64,000 nucleotides of DNA, taken from Deltaproteobacteria bacterium (GTDB taxonomy: Bacteria > Myxococcota_A > Polyangia > DRWM01 > JAAZOP01). The stretch lies in contig JACRCZ010000118.1 in NCBI GenBank assembly GCA_016218765.1, forward strand, positions 1,772 to 65,771. The letters are read 5' to 3'. Positions within the stretch are counted from its first letter, which is position 1. Every line of letters starts with the position of its first letter. A program made the position numbers and the translations under genes. Below are positions 26,270-34,819 of the stretch, piece after piece. Under the pieces are notes generated by a model that worked only from the letters and a program-made list of their open reading frames with translations, had not been told where the DNA came from and did no database searches.

Positions 26270-27730
26270 CTACGGTCTTCGGGCCCGTGCGCGTTCGTAG
26301 AGCGCCTCGTACTCCCGGGCGGTTCGGGCCCACGAGAACTCGCGCGACATCCCTTCCCGGCGCATGTGCTGCAGGTGTTCGGGCCGGTCGTAGAAGGTGC
26401 TCACGGCCCAGCCGACGGTGTCGTGCACGGCCCGTGGGGTGAGCGCGTCGAATTTGAATCCGGTTCCGGTCCCGGTGCGCTCGTCGTACTGCTCGACGGT
26501 GTCGTTCAGTCCTCCCGTCGCGCGGGCGATGGGCGGCGTGCCGTAGCGCAGGGAGTAGATCTGGTTCAGGCCGCACGGTTCGAAGCGCGAGGGCATGAGG
26601 AAGAAGTCCGCGCCGGCTTCGATCCAGTGGGCCAGGTCCTCGTCGTAGCCGATCCAGCTTGCGGCGCGTCCCGGGCGTCGTTCCGGCAATTTGGCGAAGA
26701 AGCTCTCCAGTCCCTTCTCGCCCGAGCCCAGGACGGCGAACTGGACGCGCATTTGGTCGAGGATCCCGTCGATGGCCTGGGCGACGAGGTCCATTCCCTT
26801 CTGGTCCACGAAGCGACAGACGCTGGCGACGAGAGGAATCGCCGGGTCGGCTTCCAGGTTCATCCGGCGCTGCAGCTCGCGTTTGCATTCCGCCTTGCCG
26901 GAGAGATCCTCGCGGGTGAAGCGGGCGGGGATTCGCCGGTCGACCGCGGGGTCCCATTCGTCGTAGTCCACGCCGTTCAAGATCCCGGTGTAGCGATCGC
27001 CGCGTGCCGCCAGGTAGGGGCCGAGCCCGTTCCCGCCGATGGGTCCCAGGGTTTCGCGGGCGTAGGTGGGGCTCACGGCGTTGAGGGCGTCGGCGAACGC
27101 GATGCCTCCCTTGAGCAGGTTGATCCGGCCGTGATCCTCGAACCTGCCGGGCGAGAAGTTGCCCGGCTGCAGTCCCAGGTAGGCGTAGGCTTCGGCGCCG
27201 TAGATCCCCTGGTGTGCGGCGTTGTGGATGGTGAGGATGCTGGCGGTGCGTCCCAGGGTGGCGTCGTCCCAGTGCCAGACCTTGAGGTAGGCCGCCGCGG
27301 CGGCCGTCGGCCAGTCGTGAGCGTGCACGACGTCGGCGGCGAAGCCGAGCGCGCGGAGGAGCTGCAGACCCGCGCGGCAGAGGAATCCGAAGCGGCGTGC
27401 GTTGTCGCCGTAATCGCGGAACTCGCGATCGTGGTAGACCCCGGGGCGGCCGAAGTACTTCTCGCTTTCGATGAACCAGCACGGGACTTCGTCGTGCACG
27501 GTCTGGTGTGCGGCGCACCATTCCTCGCGGTTTCCCATCCACACGCCGAGGGGCGCAACGGTGCTGCGCAGGCCCCAGCGTGCCGTGTCGATCGCGGCGT
27601 ATTTCGGGACCACGACGAGCACCTCGTGGCCCGCGGCGCGCAGCGCCTTGGACAGCCCTCCGACCGCGTCCCCCAGTCCTCCCACTTTCACGTAGGGGAC
27701 GCACTCCGACGCCAGCATTGCGACCTTCAT
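26270..27730 (-). CDS. glgA: Glycogen synthase (ADP-glucose type)
   Basis: N-terminus MKVAMLASECVPYVKVGGLGDAV carries the KxGGL motif. Full-length GT5 pattern. Confidence 0.95.
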   Translation of the reverse strand: MKVAMLASECVPYVKVGGLGDAVGGLSKALRAAGHEVLVVVPKYAAIDTARWGLRSTVAPLGVWMGNREEWCAAHQTVHDEVPCWFIESEKYFGRPGVYHDREFRDYGDNARRFGFLCRAGLQLLRALGFAADVVHAHDWPTAAAAAYLKVWHWDDATLGRTASILTIHNAAHQGIYGAEAYAYLGLQPGNFSPGRFEDHGRINLLKGGIAFADALNAVSPTYARETLGPIGGNGLGPYLAARGDRYTGILNGVDYDEWDPAVDRRIPARFTREDLSGKAECKRELQRRMNLEADPAIPLVASVCRFVDQKGMDLVAQAIDGILDQMRVQFAVLGSGEKGLESFFAKLPERRPGRAASWIGYDEDLAHWIEAGADFFLMPSRFEPCGLNQIYSLRYGTPPIARATGGLNDTVEQYDERTGTGTGFKFDALTPRAVHDTVGWAVSTFYDRPEHLQHMRREGMSREFSWARTAREYEALYERARARRP

Positions 27731-27803
27731 GGGGTCGCAGGATACCCGAAGCCGCTGTTCTTTGCGCCCCTTCGCGCGTTGCGGTCCTGCGTTTGTTCCC
27801 TCG

Positions 27804-28934
27804 CTAGCGGAAGTCCTGCACGGCCCAGATTTCCCCGTTCGGCATTTCGAAGAACCCGCAGGCCACTTCGCGGAACTCGGTCGATGACATGTTGAGGAAG
27901 TGGCCGTGTTCGCTGAACGGCTCGCCCGGCCCTTCGTCCCACATCTGTTGCAGGCAGAGGACGACGGTACTTTCGAGGGTCGGGTAGGCCGGGCAGGCGT
28001 TCTGGGCCCGTTCCCGGCAGGCGCCGAAGGAGCCGTGCGCGGTGCCGGTTTCGCTGTCGCTCCGCGCCTCGCCGTCGGTGCACGCCTCGGCGTCCGTCCA
28101 GCGTCCCAGCGGCGGCAGCCCCAGCGTTGCCCGGTAGCGGTTGATCCCCTCGACGCACCGTTGCCGGTACTCCTCCAGGTCCCCGGTCCCCGCCACGAGC
28201 GGGACCTGGGGTGTCCCTCCGCAGTCCGGGTCCTGCGGACATCTCGCGTTGCACGTTTCGTCCGCTCCGCAGTCCCCGTATTCCTCCAGGCACTCCGGAT
28301 CGCAGCCGCAGTCCGCCTCGCACGACCAGGCCAGATCGCACGTGCAGGGGCACTGCGTATCGCACGGGCATTCGTAGTCGCAGGCCCACGTCAGGTCGCA
28401 CGCGCACTCCTCGACCGGCGCCTGCGTTTCGCTACCGCAGTCCGGATCCCCCGGGCACCGCGCGTTGCACGCTCTGTCCTCCACGCAGTCCCCGTACCCG
28501 CCCACGCATTCCGGGTCGCACGCGCAGCCTTCTTCGCAGGACCATGCCTGGTCGCAGGTGCACGGGCACTCCGGGTCGCAGGCGCATTCGTAGTCGCAGG
28601 CTGCCGACGCGTCGCACGCGCACTCGCCCTCCCCGTCCGGCCCGCCGTCGCTTTCGGGATTCGCCGGTGCCGGAACCGCGGCGACGGTGGTCGTTTCTTC
28701 GCCTTGCCGTCCGCCGAGCTCCGGCGGCAGGACGTGCCCGCTGCGCTCGGGTTCGGCGCGGTAGGCCGAGCCCGGGTTCCCGGGTAGGCGGCTCACGTGC
28801 GACACGATGGTCGCTCCGCCCCACGGTCCGGCCCCGCTCCGCAGCTCCGGTTTCGCCCGCTCCAGGCAGCCCGCCGCCGCGAGCCCCAGTATTCCGACCC
28901 AGAACACGATCCGACCCAGTCCGCTGCTCATCAT
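27804..28934 (-). CDS. Lipoprotein: 2 x 16-Cys repeat plus CAP/SCP (PR-1-like) domain
   Basis: ATG at 28934/28931 after GGAGGA. Lipobox LAAAGC. Two 71-72-aa CxCD-rich repeats. C-terminal CAP-like motifs INRYRA..GHF.NM. Confidence 0.75.
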   Translation of the reverse strand: MMSSGLGRIVFWVGILGLAAAGCLERAKPELRSGAGPWGGATIVSHVSRLPGNPGSAYRAEPERSGHVLPPELGGRQGEETTTVAAVPAPANPESDGGPDGEGECACDASAACDYECACDPECPCTCDQAWSCEEGCACDPECVGGYGDCVEDRACNARCPGDPDCGSETQAPVEECACDLTWACDYECPCDTQCPCTCDLAWSCEADCGCDPECLEEYGDCGADETCNARCPQDPDCGGTPQVPLVAGTGDLEEYRQRCVEGINRYRATLGLPPLGRWTDAEACTDGEARSDSETGTAHGSFGACRERAQNACPAYPTLESTVVLCLQQMWDEGPGEPFSEHGHFLNMSSTEFREVACGFFEMPNGEIWAVQDFR

Positions 28935-29042
28935 GTTCCTCCAGACGCTCGACCCGTCAGCGTATTCGACCGGCGCGCGTGTTGGGAAGCGTTCGCGCCC
29001 TTCTACTCGACTCTCTCCCCTTCCGTCCGCTAGCATCCCCTC

Positions 29043-29426
29043 GTGCCTCGCTCAGCTTCCCCTTCGGTGCTCTCGCTCCTGCGCGTCCTCAACGACCCGG
29101 CCCGCGGCTCCTTTCTGGATGCCCTTGTCGAGGTCCGCAAGCGCCTCGCCGATCCCCGACCGTCCCTCTCCTGGGAGTCGCAAACCCTGGCTGCCCTGGC
29201 CGAAGGCATCCTGGAGCGCCTTGCTGCCGCCGGCATCCGTCCCCTCCTCCCCATCGGCCAGGCGCTGTCGCTCACGGCCCGGCAACTCGCCCGGCGGTTC
29301 GACTATCATGGTTCACCTTTCCTCCCCTCCGAGCGCCGCAAGCGGGTCGTCGTCGCCTCTCCCGGCTGGGCGGTCGGCAAGCGCATGGTGATCCGTCCCA
29401 CGGTGCGTGAAGAGGACTCCGCGTGA
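29043..29426 (+). CDS. Short GrpE-like protein (C-terminal beta-domain only); tentative
   Basis: GTG start. The C-terminus ..SPGWAVGKRMVIRPTVRE resembles the GrpE tail GY.l.gRvlRPA.V. The stop overlaps the Hsp70 start as GTGA. Confidence 0.35.
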   Translation: MPRSASPSVLSLLRVLNDPARGSFLDALVEVRKRLADPRPSLSWESQTLAALAEGILERLAAAGIRPLLPIGQALSLTARQLARRFDYHGSPFLPSERRKRVVVASPGWAVGKRMVIRPTVREEDSA

Positions 29427-31114
29427 CTCTTCCCTCTCCTCCCTCGCTTGGCATTGACTTCGGCACCACCACGTCCCTCGTCGCGGTGGGCCGGCCGGTC
29501 GCCGACGCGCGGGGCGTCGAGCCTTCCGTCCTTCCGGTGGACCACGACGAAGCCGGCGCGGCCCTCGACACGCTTCCGACTCTGCTCTACTTCCCGTCCG
29601 TGCGGAAGCTGGTGATCGGGGAGGCGGCCCGCGAGCAGCTCGGCCTGCGACCGGACCGCGTGGTCCGTCGGCTGAAGCAGCTCCTTGGCCGTTTTCCGCG
29701 CGTTGCGGTCGCGGGCCGCAGCTATGCCACGACCGACCTTGCGGCGGCGGTATTCCGGCGGCTCAAGCGCGCGGCGGAGACCCACGTCGGGTCCCGCGTC
29801 CGGGACGCCGTGGTCACGGTCCCTGCGTCGTTCGACGCCGGCCGGCGTCGGGCGCTCCTGGATGCGCTCGAGGCCGCCGGCTTCGCCGTTCGCGCGAACA
29901 CGCTTCTGGACGAGCCCGTCGCGGCGCTGGCCGCGTACCTTCATGGGCGGACGGCCGCGCCGCGCCGCGCCGTCTCGAGCCGGGGTGGACCCGCGTCCCT
30001 CTTGGATCCGGGCGCGATCGATTTTTCCGTCGAGCGCACGGTGCTGCTGCTCGACGTCGGGGGCGGCACGAGCGACGCGTGCGTCGCGCGGGTGCGGCCC
30101 GACGGCGGCGGGTTGGCCGTCGAGCTCCTGGCGCTTTCGCGTTTCACGCCCGTCGGCGGCGACGATTTCGACGCCCTGGTGGCCCGTGGTCTCATCGCGC
30201 GCTTCGCCGAGCGTTCCGGCCTTGACCTGGACGCGATGCCCAAGGGCGACCGTCTTCTGTTCCAGCACCGGATGATCCTCACGGCGGAGCGTGCGAAGCG
30301 CGACGTGTCAGCGGCGCCGGTGGACGGGGTCGAGCCCGTGGCGCGCATCCGGCAGATGTTCCTGCACGGCACGCACCATTTGCTGGAGACGATCGACCGC
30401 GCGCGCTACGCCGAGCTGGCCGCTCCATTGCTGGCCGATCCGCGCGCGGCTCGCGACGACGGGTGCTTGTCGGTTCTCGACGCCCCGTGGGACGCGCTGC
30501 GCAAGGCCGGCCTGGACCCTGCCGCTCTGGACGCCGTCCTCCTGGCCGGGGGCATGGCGCTTGTGCCGGCGGTGCGCGACGCCGTGGCTCGTCTTTTCGG
30601 TCGCGAGCCGTTGCTGGTTCCTTCGCCCTTGACGGCCATCGTTGCCGGGGCGGTGGTCCAGTCGTTTGCGCTTGCCGGTGGGCGACCCGGCCTGCGGCCC
30701 GCGGCGGCGATTGCGGCGGAGTCCGTCGGGGTGTGCACGGCCGGTGGTGGATTCCGGCGACTGATCGCGGCCGGTACGCCTCTTCCGGCCCGCGTGGTCG
30801 AGCGGGCGGCGTTCGCGCTGCCGCACGGTTGGGGTCGCTACGTGCGGATCCCGATCGCCGAAGGAGACGAGACCCGCGCCGACTGCCGCCGGACGCTCGC
30901 GACGCTCGCGTTGCGTTTCCCGCGGCGCGTTCCGGCGGACAGCCGCGTCACGCTGGAGGCTGTGTTGGACGAGAACAAGGTGCTGTCGGTGCGCGGCTAC
31001 CTGGAGGCCGATCCGTCGATCTCGGCCAGTGCGCGGCTGAACGTCGGGGGGGAGGGGGGAAGGGGGGAAGGGGGAAGGGGGAAACCACAGATGGACACAG
31101 ATGAACACAGATAG
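29423..31114 (+). CDS. Hsp70-family ATPase (atypical DnaK paralogue)
   Basis: GIDFGTTTS, VVTVPASFD and LLLDVGGGTSD motifs. The last 24 aa or so (..GGEGGRGEGGRGKPQMDTDEHR) and the TAG stop are encoded by repeat DNA. Confidence 0.85.
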   Translation: MTLPSPPSLGIDFGTTTSLVAVGRPVADARGVEPSVLPVDHDEAGAALDTLPTLLYFPSVRKLVIGEAAREQLGLRPDRVVRRLKQLLGRFPRVAVAGRSYATTDLAAAVFRRLKRAAETHVGSRVRDAVVTVPASFDAGRRRALLDALEAAGFAVRANTLLDEPVAALAAYLHGRTAAPRRAVSSRGGPASLLDPGAIDFSVERTVLLLDVGGGTSDACVARVRPDGGGLAVELLALSRFTPVGGDDFDALVARGLIARFAERSGLDLDAMPKGDRLLFQHRMILTAERAKRDVSAAPVDGVEPVARIRQMFLHGTHHLLETIDRARYAELAAPLLADPRAARDDGCLSVLDAPWDALRKAGLDPAALDAVLLAGGMALVPAVRDAVARLFGREPLLVPSPLTAIVAGAVVQSFALAGGRPGLRPAAAIAAESVGVCTAGGGFRRLIAAGTPLPARVVERAAFALPHGWGRYVRIPIAEGDETRADCRRTLATLALRFPRRVPADSRVTLEAVLDENKVLSVRGYLEADPSISASARLNVGGEGGRGEGGRGKPQMDTDEHR

Positions 31115-31290
31115 GGAGGGAGGGGGGGAGGGAAGGGGGGAACCACAGATGGACACAGATGGACACCGATAGGGAGGGAGGGGGGGAGGGAGGGGGGGAA
31201 CCACAGATGGACACAGATGGACACCGATAGGGGGGGAGGGGGGGAGGGAGGGGGGAACCACAGATGGACACAGATAGGGGGGGAGGGAAG
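31040..31290 (+). repeat. Family C repeat array: 4 units of [polypurine G/A tract + AACCACAGATGGACACAGATGRACACMGATAG], period about 58 nt
   Basis: Read directly. The core is about 40% GC in a roughly 70% GC genome. Other copies lie at 41476, 54589 and 56491. Confidence 0.9.
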
Positions 31291-31992
31291 TTCACGGGGC
31301 GGCGGGCGGCACCGTTGCACGGGTGGGCGGTCACCCCCCGCGAGGCGCTTGCCATCCAGCGGGGGCTGGCGCCGAAGATCGTCGTCGCTCCTCCTGTCGG
31401 TTCTCTCCGTACCGTCGCCGGCCTCGACGTATCGGTCGGTCGTTTCGAGAAGACGTGTCGGGCGGGGGCGGTCCTGCTGGAGATCGACACGCTTCGGGTG
31501 CTGGCCCGCGTTCGCGTGACGCGTCCGGTTCCGTTCCCGTACGTCCCCGGCTTGCTGTCCTTCCGGGAAATCCCCGTTTTGCTCGACGCGCTCGCGGGGC
31601 TTCCTTCGGTTCCCGACGTGCTCGTGGTGGACGGCCAGGGTTACGCCCACCCGCGGCGCTTCGGTCTCGCGTGTCATCTGGGGTTGTGGTGCGGCATCCC
31701 TTCGATCGGGGTGGCGAAGAGCATTCTGTGCGGCGTGCATGGTCCGCTCGGCCCCGCTCGCGGCTCCGTCGCGCCTCTCGTCCACGGAGGGGAGACGGTC
31801 GGCGTCGCCCTTCGGACCCGTGCGGGCGTGAAGCCCGTTTACGTGTCGGTCGGGCACCGGTTCGATCTGGACTCGGCGGTGTCGCTGGTCCTGCGGCTGG
31901 CCGTCCTTCGACGGGGCTCAGGACAGGCCCGTTTTCGGCTTGTGGAGCCGGTGCGGCAGGCGCATGCGCTGGTGAGTACCCGCGGCACGTGA
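31264..31992 (+). CDS. nfi: Endonuclease V
   Basis: GLDVS, PYVPGLLSFRE, VDGQGYAHPRRFGLACHLG, IGVAK and GHR motifs. The only upstream in-frame ATG (31264) lies inside the repeat array, so the start is uncertain. Confidence 0.85.
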   Translation: MDTDRGGGKFTGRRAAPLHGWAVTPREALAIQRGLAPKIVVAPPVGSLRTVAGLDVSVGRFEKTCRAGAVLLEIDTLRVLARVRVTRPVPFPYVPGLLSFREIPVLLDALAGLPSVPDVLVVDGQGYAHPRRFGLACHLGLWCGIPSIGVAKSILCGVHGPLGPARGSVAPLVHGGETVGVALRTRAGVKPVYVSVGHRFDLDSAVSLVLRLAVLRRGSGQARFRLVEPVRQAHALVSTRGT

Positions 31993-32012
31993 CCCGCGGG
32001 AGCACTTCCCCG

Positions 32013-33329
32013 CTACGGCATCTCCTCACGCCCGGCCCCTGCGGGCCCGCGCTGGGCTGCGTCGAAGGGTTGACGGCGTTCTTCCAGGCGTAGCTGCTGG
32101 TAGGCCAGCCGGACGGCCAGATCGTCGATGTTGGCGGCGGAATCGAAGAGGAGCGTCTCGCTGCCGTCTTCTCCTCCCAGGGCACCCGGGAGATCGTCCT
32201 CGCGCAGGGGCGGCGGCAGATCTTGCGGTTCCTGGGCGTCCCCGACGGACAGGTCCGGCACGATCCCGTTGCCTTGGATGGCGGTGCCGGCCGGGGTGTA
32301 GAGGCGGGCGACCGTCAGCCGCAGCGCCGACCCGTCGAGGAGCTCGAGCAGGCGCTGCACGGTCCCTTTTCCGAAGGTCTGCGCGCCCACGACGACGGCC
32401 CGTCCGTTGTCGTGCAGCGCCCCTGCCAGGATTTCGGCCGACGAGGCCGTGTAGGCGTTCACGACGACGGCCACGGGCAGGGATTCCCAGCGCTGGCCCG
32501 GCCCCGCGTCGTCCTCGTCGTTTTCGCCTTCCGCCTGTCCCCGCGTCGACACGATCACGCCGCTCGCCAGGAACAGATCGGCGATCCCCACGGCTTCGTC
32601 GACGACTCCGCCCGGGTTGTCCCGGACATCGAGGATCGCGCCCCGGAGACCTCGTGGGCTTCGGGCGTCCAGGGTGCGGAGCTGCGCGTCGAGCACGGAC
32701 GCCGCGTCCTCGTGGAAGTAGTGGATCCGCACCAGCGCGTAGCCCGGTTCCAGGAACTCCGCCGAGACGGTCGGCATCTCGACGGTCTGCCGCACCAGGC
32801 GCACGGTTCGCGGCTCCTCTTCCCGGCGTCGCAGCCGTACTTCGAGGACGGTCCCGGTCTCTCCGCGCATCTTCGTGACGATCTCGCTCATCGCCAGCCC
32901 GAACAGCGGCTCGCCGTTCACCTCGAGCAGCACGTCGCCTTCATCGATCCCGAGGCGTTCCGCCGGGGAATCGGGAAACACCTTGACGACGAGGTAGCTT
33001 CCGCCGCGGTACTCGACCTGGAAGCCCGCGCCGCCGTAGATTCCGGACAGGTCGTCCTGGAAGGCGCGGTAGGCTTCCGGGTCGAGGAAGTCCGAATGGG
33101 GATCCAGGGCCCGGACCATCCCCCGGATCGCGCCGTAGTACAGCTCGTCGGGATCGACGTCGTCGACGTACGAATCCTCGATGTGGGAGAAGACGCGCCG
33201 GAAGAGCGCCTCCGGATCGTTCCGCACGTCGCGCGCCGTGCCCCCTTCCTGCGCCGCCACGATTCCCACCGCGACGACGCCTATCGCTGCGGTCGCGCCC
33301 ATCCACCCCCAAGCCCGCCTCGTCTTCAC
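32013..33329 (-). CDS. S41 carboxy-terminal processing peptidase with PDZ domain
   Basis: GTG at 33329, 5 nt after GGGAGGG. TM/signal segment WGWMGATAAIGVVAVGIV. PDZ domain. DVRDNPGG, TASSAEI and GKGTVQ motifs. Confidence 0.9.
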   Translation of the reverse strand: MKTRRAWGWMGATAAIGVVAVGIVAAQEGGTARDVRNDPEALFRRVFSHIEDSYVDDVDPDELYYGAIRGMVRALDPHSDFLDPEAYRAFQDDLSGIYGGAGFQVEYRGGSYLVVKVFPDSPAERLGIDEGDVLLEVNGEPLFGLAMSEIVTKMRGETGTVLEVRLRRREEEPRTVRLVRQTVEMPTVSAEFLEPGYALVRIHYFHEDAASVLDAQLRTLDARSPRGLRGAILDVRDNPGGVVDEAVGIADLFLASGVIVSTRGQAEGENDEDDAGPGQRWESLPVAVVVNAYTASSAEILAGALHDNGRAVVVGAQTFGKGTVQRLLELLDGSALRLTVARLYTPAGTAIQGNGIVPDLSVGDAQEPQDLPPPLREDDLPGALGGEDGSETLLFDSAANIDDLAVRLAYQQLRLEERRQPFDAAQRGPAGAGREEMP

Positions 33330-33480
33330 CGGAACCCTCCCGCGAACTGGCCCCCCTGACAATTCCTTCCCTCTCAGCGCCCTCGGCCCCCTCCCCCATT
33401 GACGCTCCGGTCCGCGTTCCATACACTACCACACATCGGCGGCGCGCGGGCGCCGGCACGCCACGGACGGGGAGGACATC

Positions 33481-33684
33481 ATGACCGGTTCGGACAAGCG
33501 CAAGCAGAGCCTCTATTTCCCGGAAGACATGTTGCAGGAGATCCAGACCGAGGCGGCACGGCAGGACCGTTCCCTTTCGTGGATCGTCCAGAAGGCATGG
33601 AAGATTGCCCGCAAGGACATCATGAAGTTCCCCAGCGTGACGGAGGACACGGACGAGCCTGACGCGCGGGGGAAGGACGACTAG
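33481..33684 (+). CDS. Small ribbon-helix-helix-like DNA-binding protein
   Basis: RBS GGGGAGGA. KQSLYFPEDMLQEIQTEAARQDRSLSWIVQKAW fits an RHH strand-helix-helix. GC is noticeably lower than in neighbouring genes. Confidence 0.6.
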   Translation: MTGSDKRKQSLYFPEDMLQEIQTEAARQDRSLSWIVQKAWKIARKDIMKFPSVTEDTDEPDARGKDD

Positions 33685-33715
33685 CGCGGCGTCGTCGGGA
33701 CGCCCCGGAGCATCG

Positions 33716-34696
33716 ATGGCCGTCAACCGCCCTGTTTCCGTCGCCCCGCTTCTGGATGCGCTTTCGGCGCATCAGCTCATCGCGCGCATCGAGCGCGAGA
33801 TTCGGCAGGTGATTCTCGGCAAGGACGACGTGATTCGGGTGGCGGTCACGTGTCTTGTTGCGGGCGGGCACCTGCTGGTCGAGGACGTCCCTGGGGTGGG
33901 GAAGACGACGCTTGCCCGCACGCTGGCGAAGGCGATTGCGGGCTCGTTCCGACGCATCCAGTTCACGAGCGACCTTCTTCCGTCCGACATCCTCGGGGTA
34001 GCGGTCTACGACCAGACGGCGCAGGAGTTCCGTTTTCATCCCGGTCCGATTTTCGCCAACGTGCTCTTGGCCGACGAGATCAACCGTGCCACGCCGAAGA
34101 CGCAGAGCGCGCTGCTCGAGGCGATGAGCGATCGTCAGGTGACGGCGGACGGGGCGACGCGTCCTCTTCCCGAGCCGTTCCTCGTGGTCGCCACGCAGAA
34201 TCCGCTCGAGATCGTGGGCACGTATCCGCTGCCCGAATCGCAGCTGGATCGTTTCCTGATGCGAGTGGTCATGGGCTATCCTGCGCCCGAGGCGGAGCTG
34301 CAGCTCATGGCCGGCCATTCGAACGAGGACGCGTTGCGGCAGGTATCGCAGGCTTGTTCGGGCACGGATCTGGTTTCCCTGCAGCGGACGGTCGCCACGG
34401 TTCGCGTCGAGGATTCGCTGCTGGGCTACGTGCATTCGCTGATCCAGCGCACCCGGCAGGGGGGGGTGTTTTCCATCGGCGCCTCGCCCCGCGGCGCCAT
34501 GTCGCTGGTGTTGGCGGCGCGCGCGCGTGCGTTGGCCGAGGCGCGGGACTACTGCGTGCCGGACGACGTGCAGCGTTGTTTCCTTCCGGTCCTCGCCCAT
34601 CGCCTGCATCCTCCCGGCGGCATGCCCGAGGACGGCCGTGCGTACTCCGAGGACGCGTTGCGTCGCATTCTCGCTTCCGTGCCCGTGCCGACATGA
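33716..34696 (+). CDS. MoxR-family AAA+ ATPase
   Basis: Walker A PGVGKT, Walker B LLADEINR, and a full-length MoxR pattern. Confidence 0.9.
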   Translation: MAVNRPVSVAPLLDALSAHQLIARIEREIRQVILGKDDVIRVAVTCLVAGGHLLVEDVPGVGKTTLARTLAKAIAGSFRRIQFTSDLLPSDILGVAVYDQTAQEFRFHPGPIFANVLLADEINRATPKTQSALLEAMSDRQVTADGATRPLPEPFLVVATQNPLEIVGTYPLPESQLDRFLMRVVMGYPAPEAELQLMAGHSNEDALRQVSQACSGTDLVSLQRTVATVRVEDSLLGYVHSLIQRTRQGGVFSIGASPRGAMSLVLAARARALAEARDYCVPDDVQRCFLPVLAHRLHPPGGMPEDGRAYSEDALRRILASVPVPT

Positions 34697-34719
34697 TCCC
34701 ACTCGTTCATCGTCGTGGT

Positions 34720-34796
34720 CGAACCGAACCGCGGGCTTCAGCCCGCGGCTGGCCTAGCCGGACAGGCCGCACCCTGAAGGGTGCGGTTCGGTTGCG
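34720..34796 (+). repeat. Family D structured repeat: two 8-bp hairpins (loops TTCA/TGAA) enclosed by an outer inverted repeat
   Basis: CCGCGGGC-TTCA-GCCCGCGG and CCGCACCC-TGAA-GGGTGCGG are flanked by CGAACCGAACC / GGTTCGGTTGCG. A second copy lies at 53455..53521. Confidence 0.85.
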
Positions 34797-34819
34797 GCCG
34801 GGGCGCCCGGCCTGACCCG

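Noticed and set aside
31040-31290. Possible CRISPR array (regular repeats with a period of about 58 nt). The same question applies to 54589..54735 and 19001..19144.
   Set aside because: The material between the cores is itself a repeated polypurine tract, not unique spacers. There are only 2-4 units. There are no cas genes. The 19001 and 20262 arrays are in-frame coding repeats.
33481-33684. RHH protein as the antitoxin of a toxin-antitoxin pair, or as a horizontally acquired gene because of its lower GC.
   Set aside because: No toxin-like partner is present, since the next gene is moxR. The gene is too short for compositional inference.
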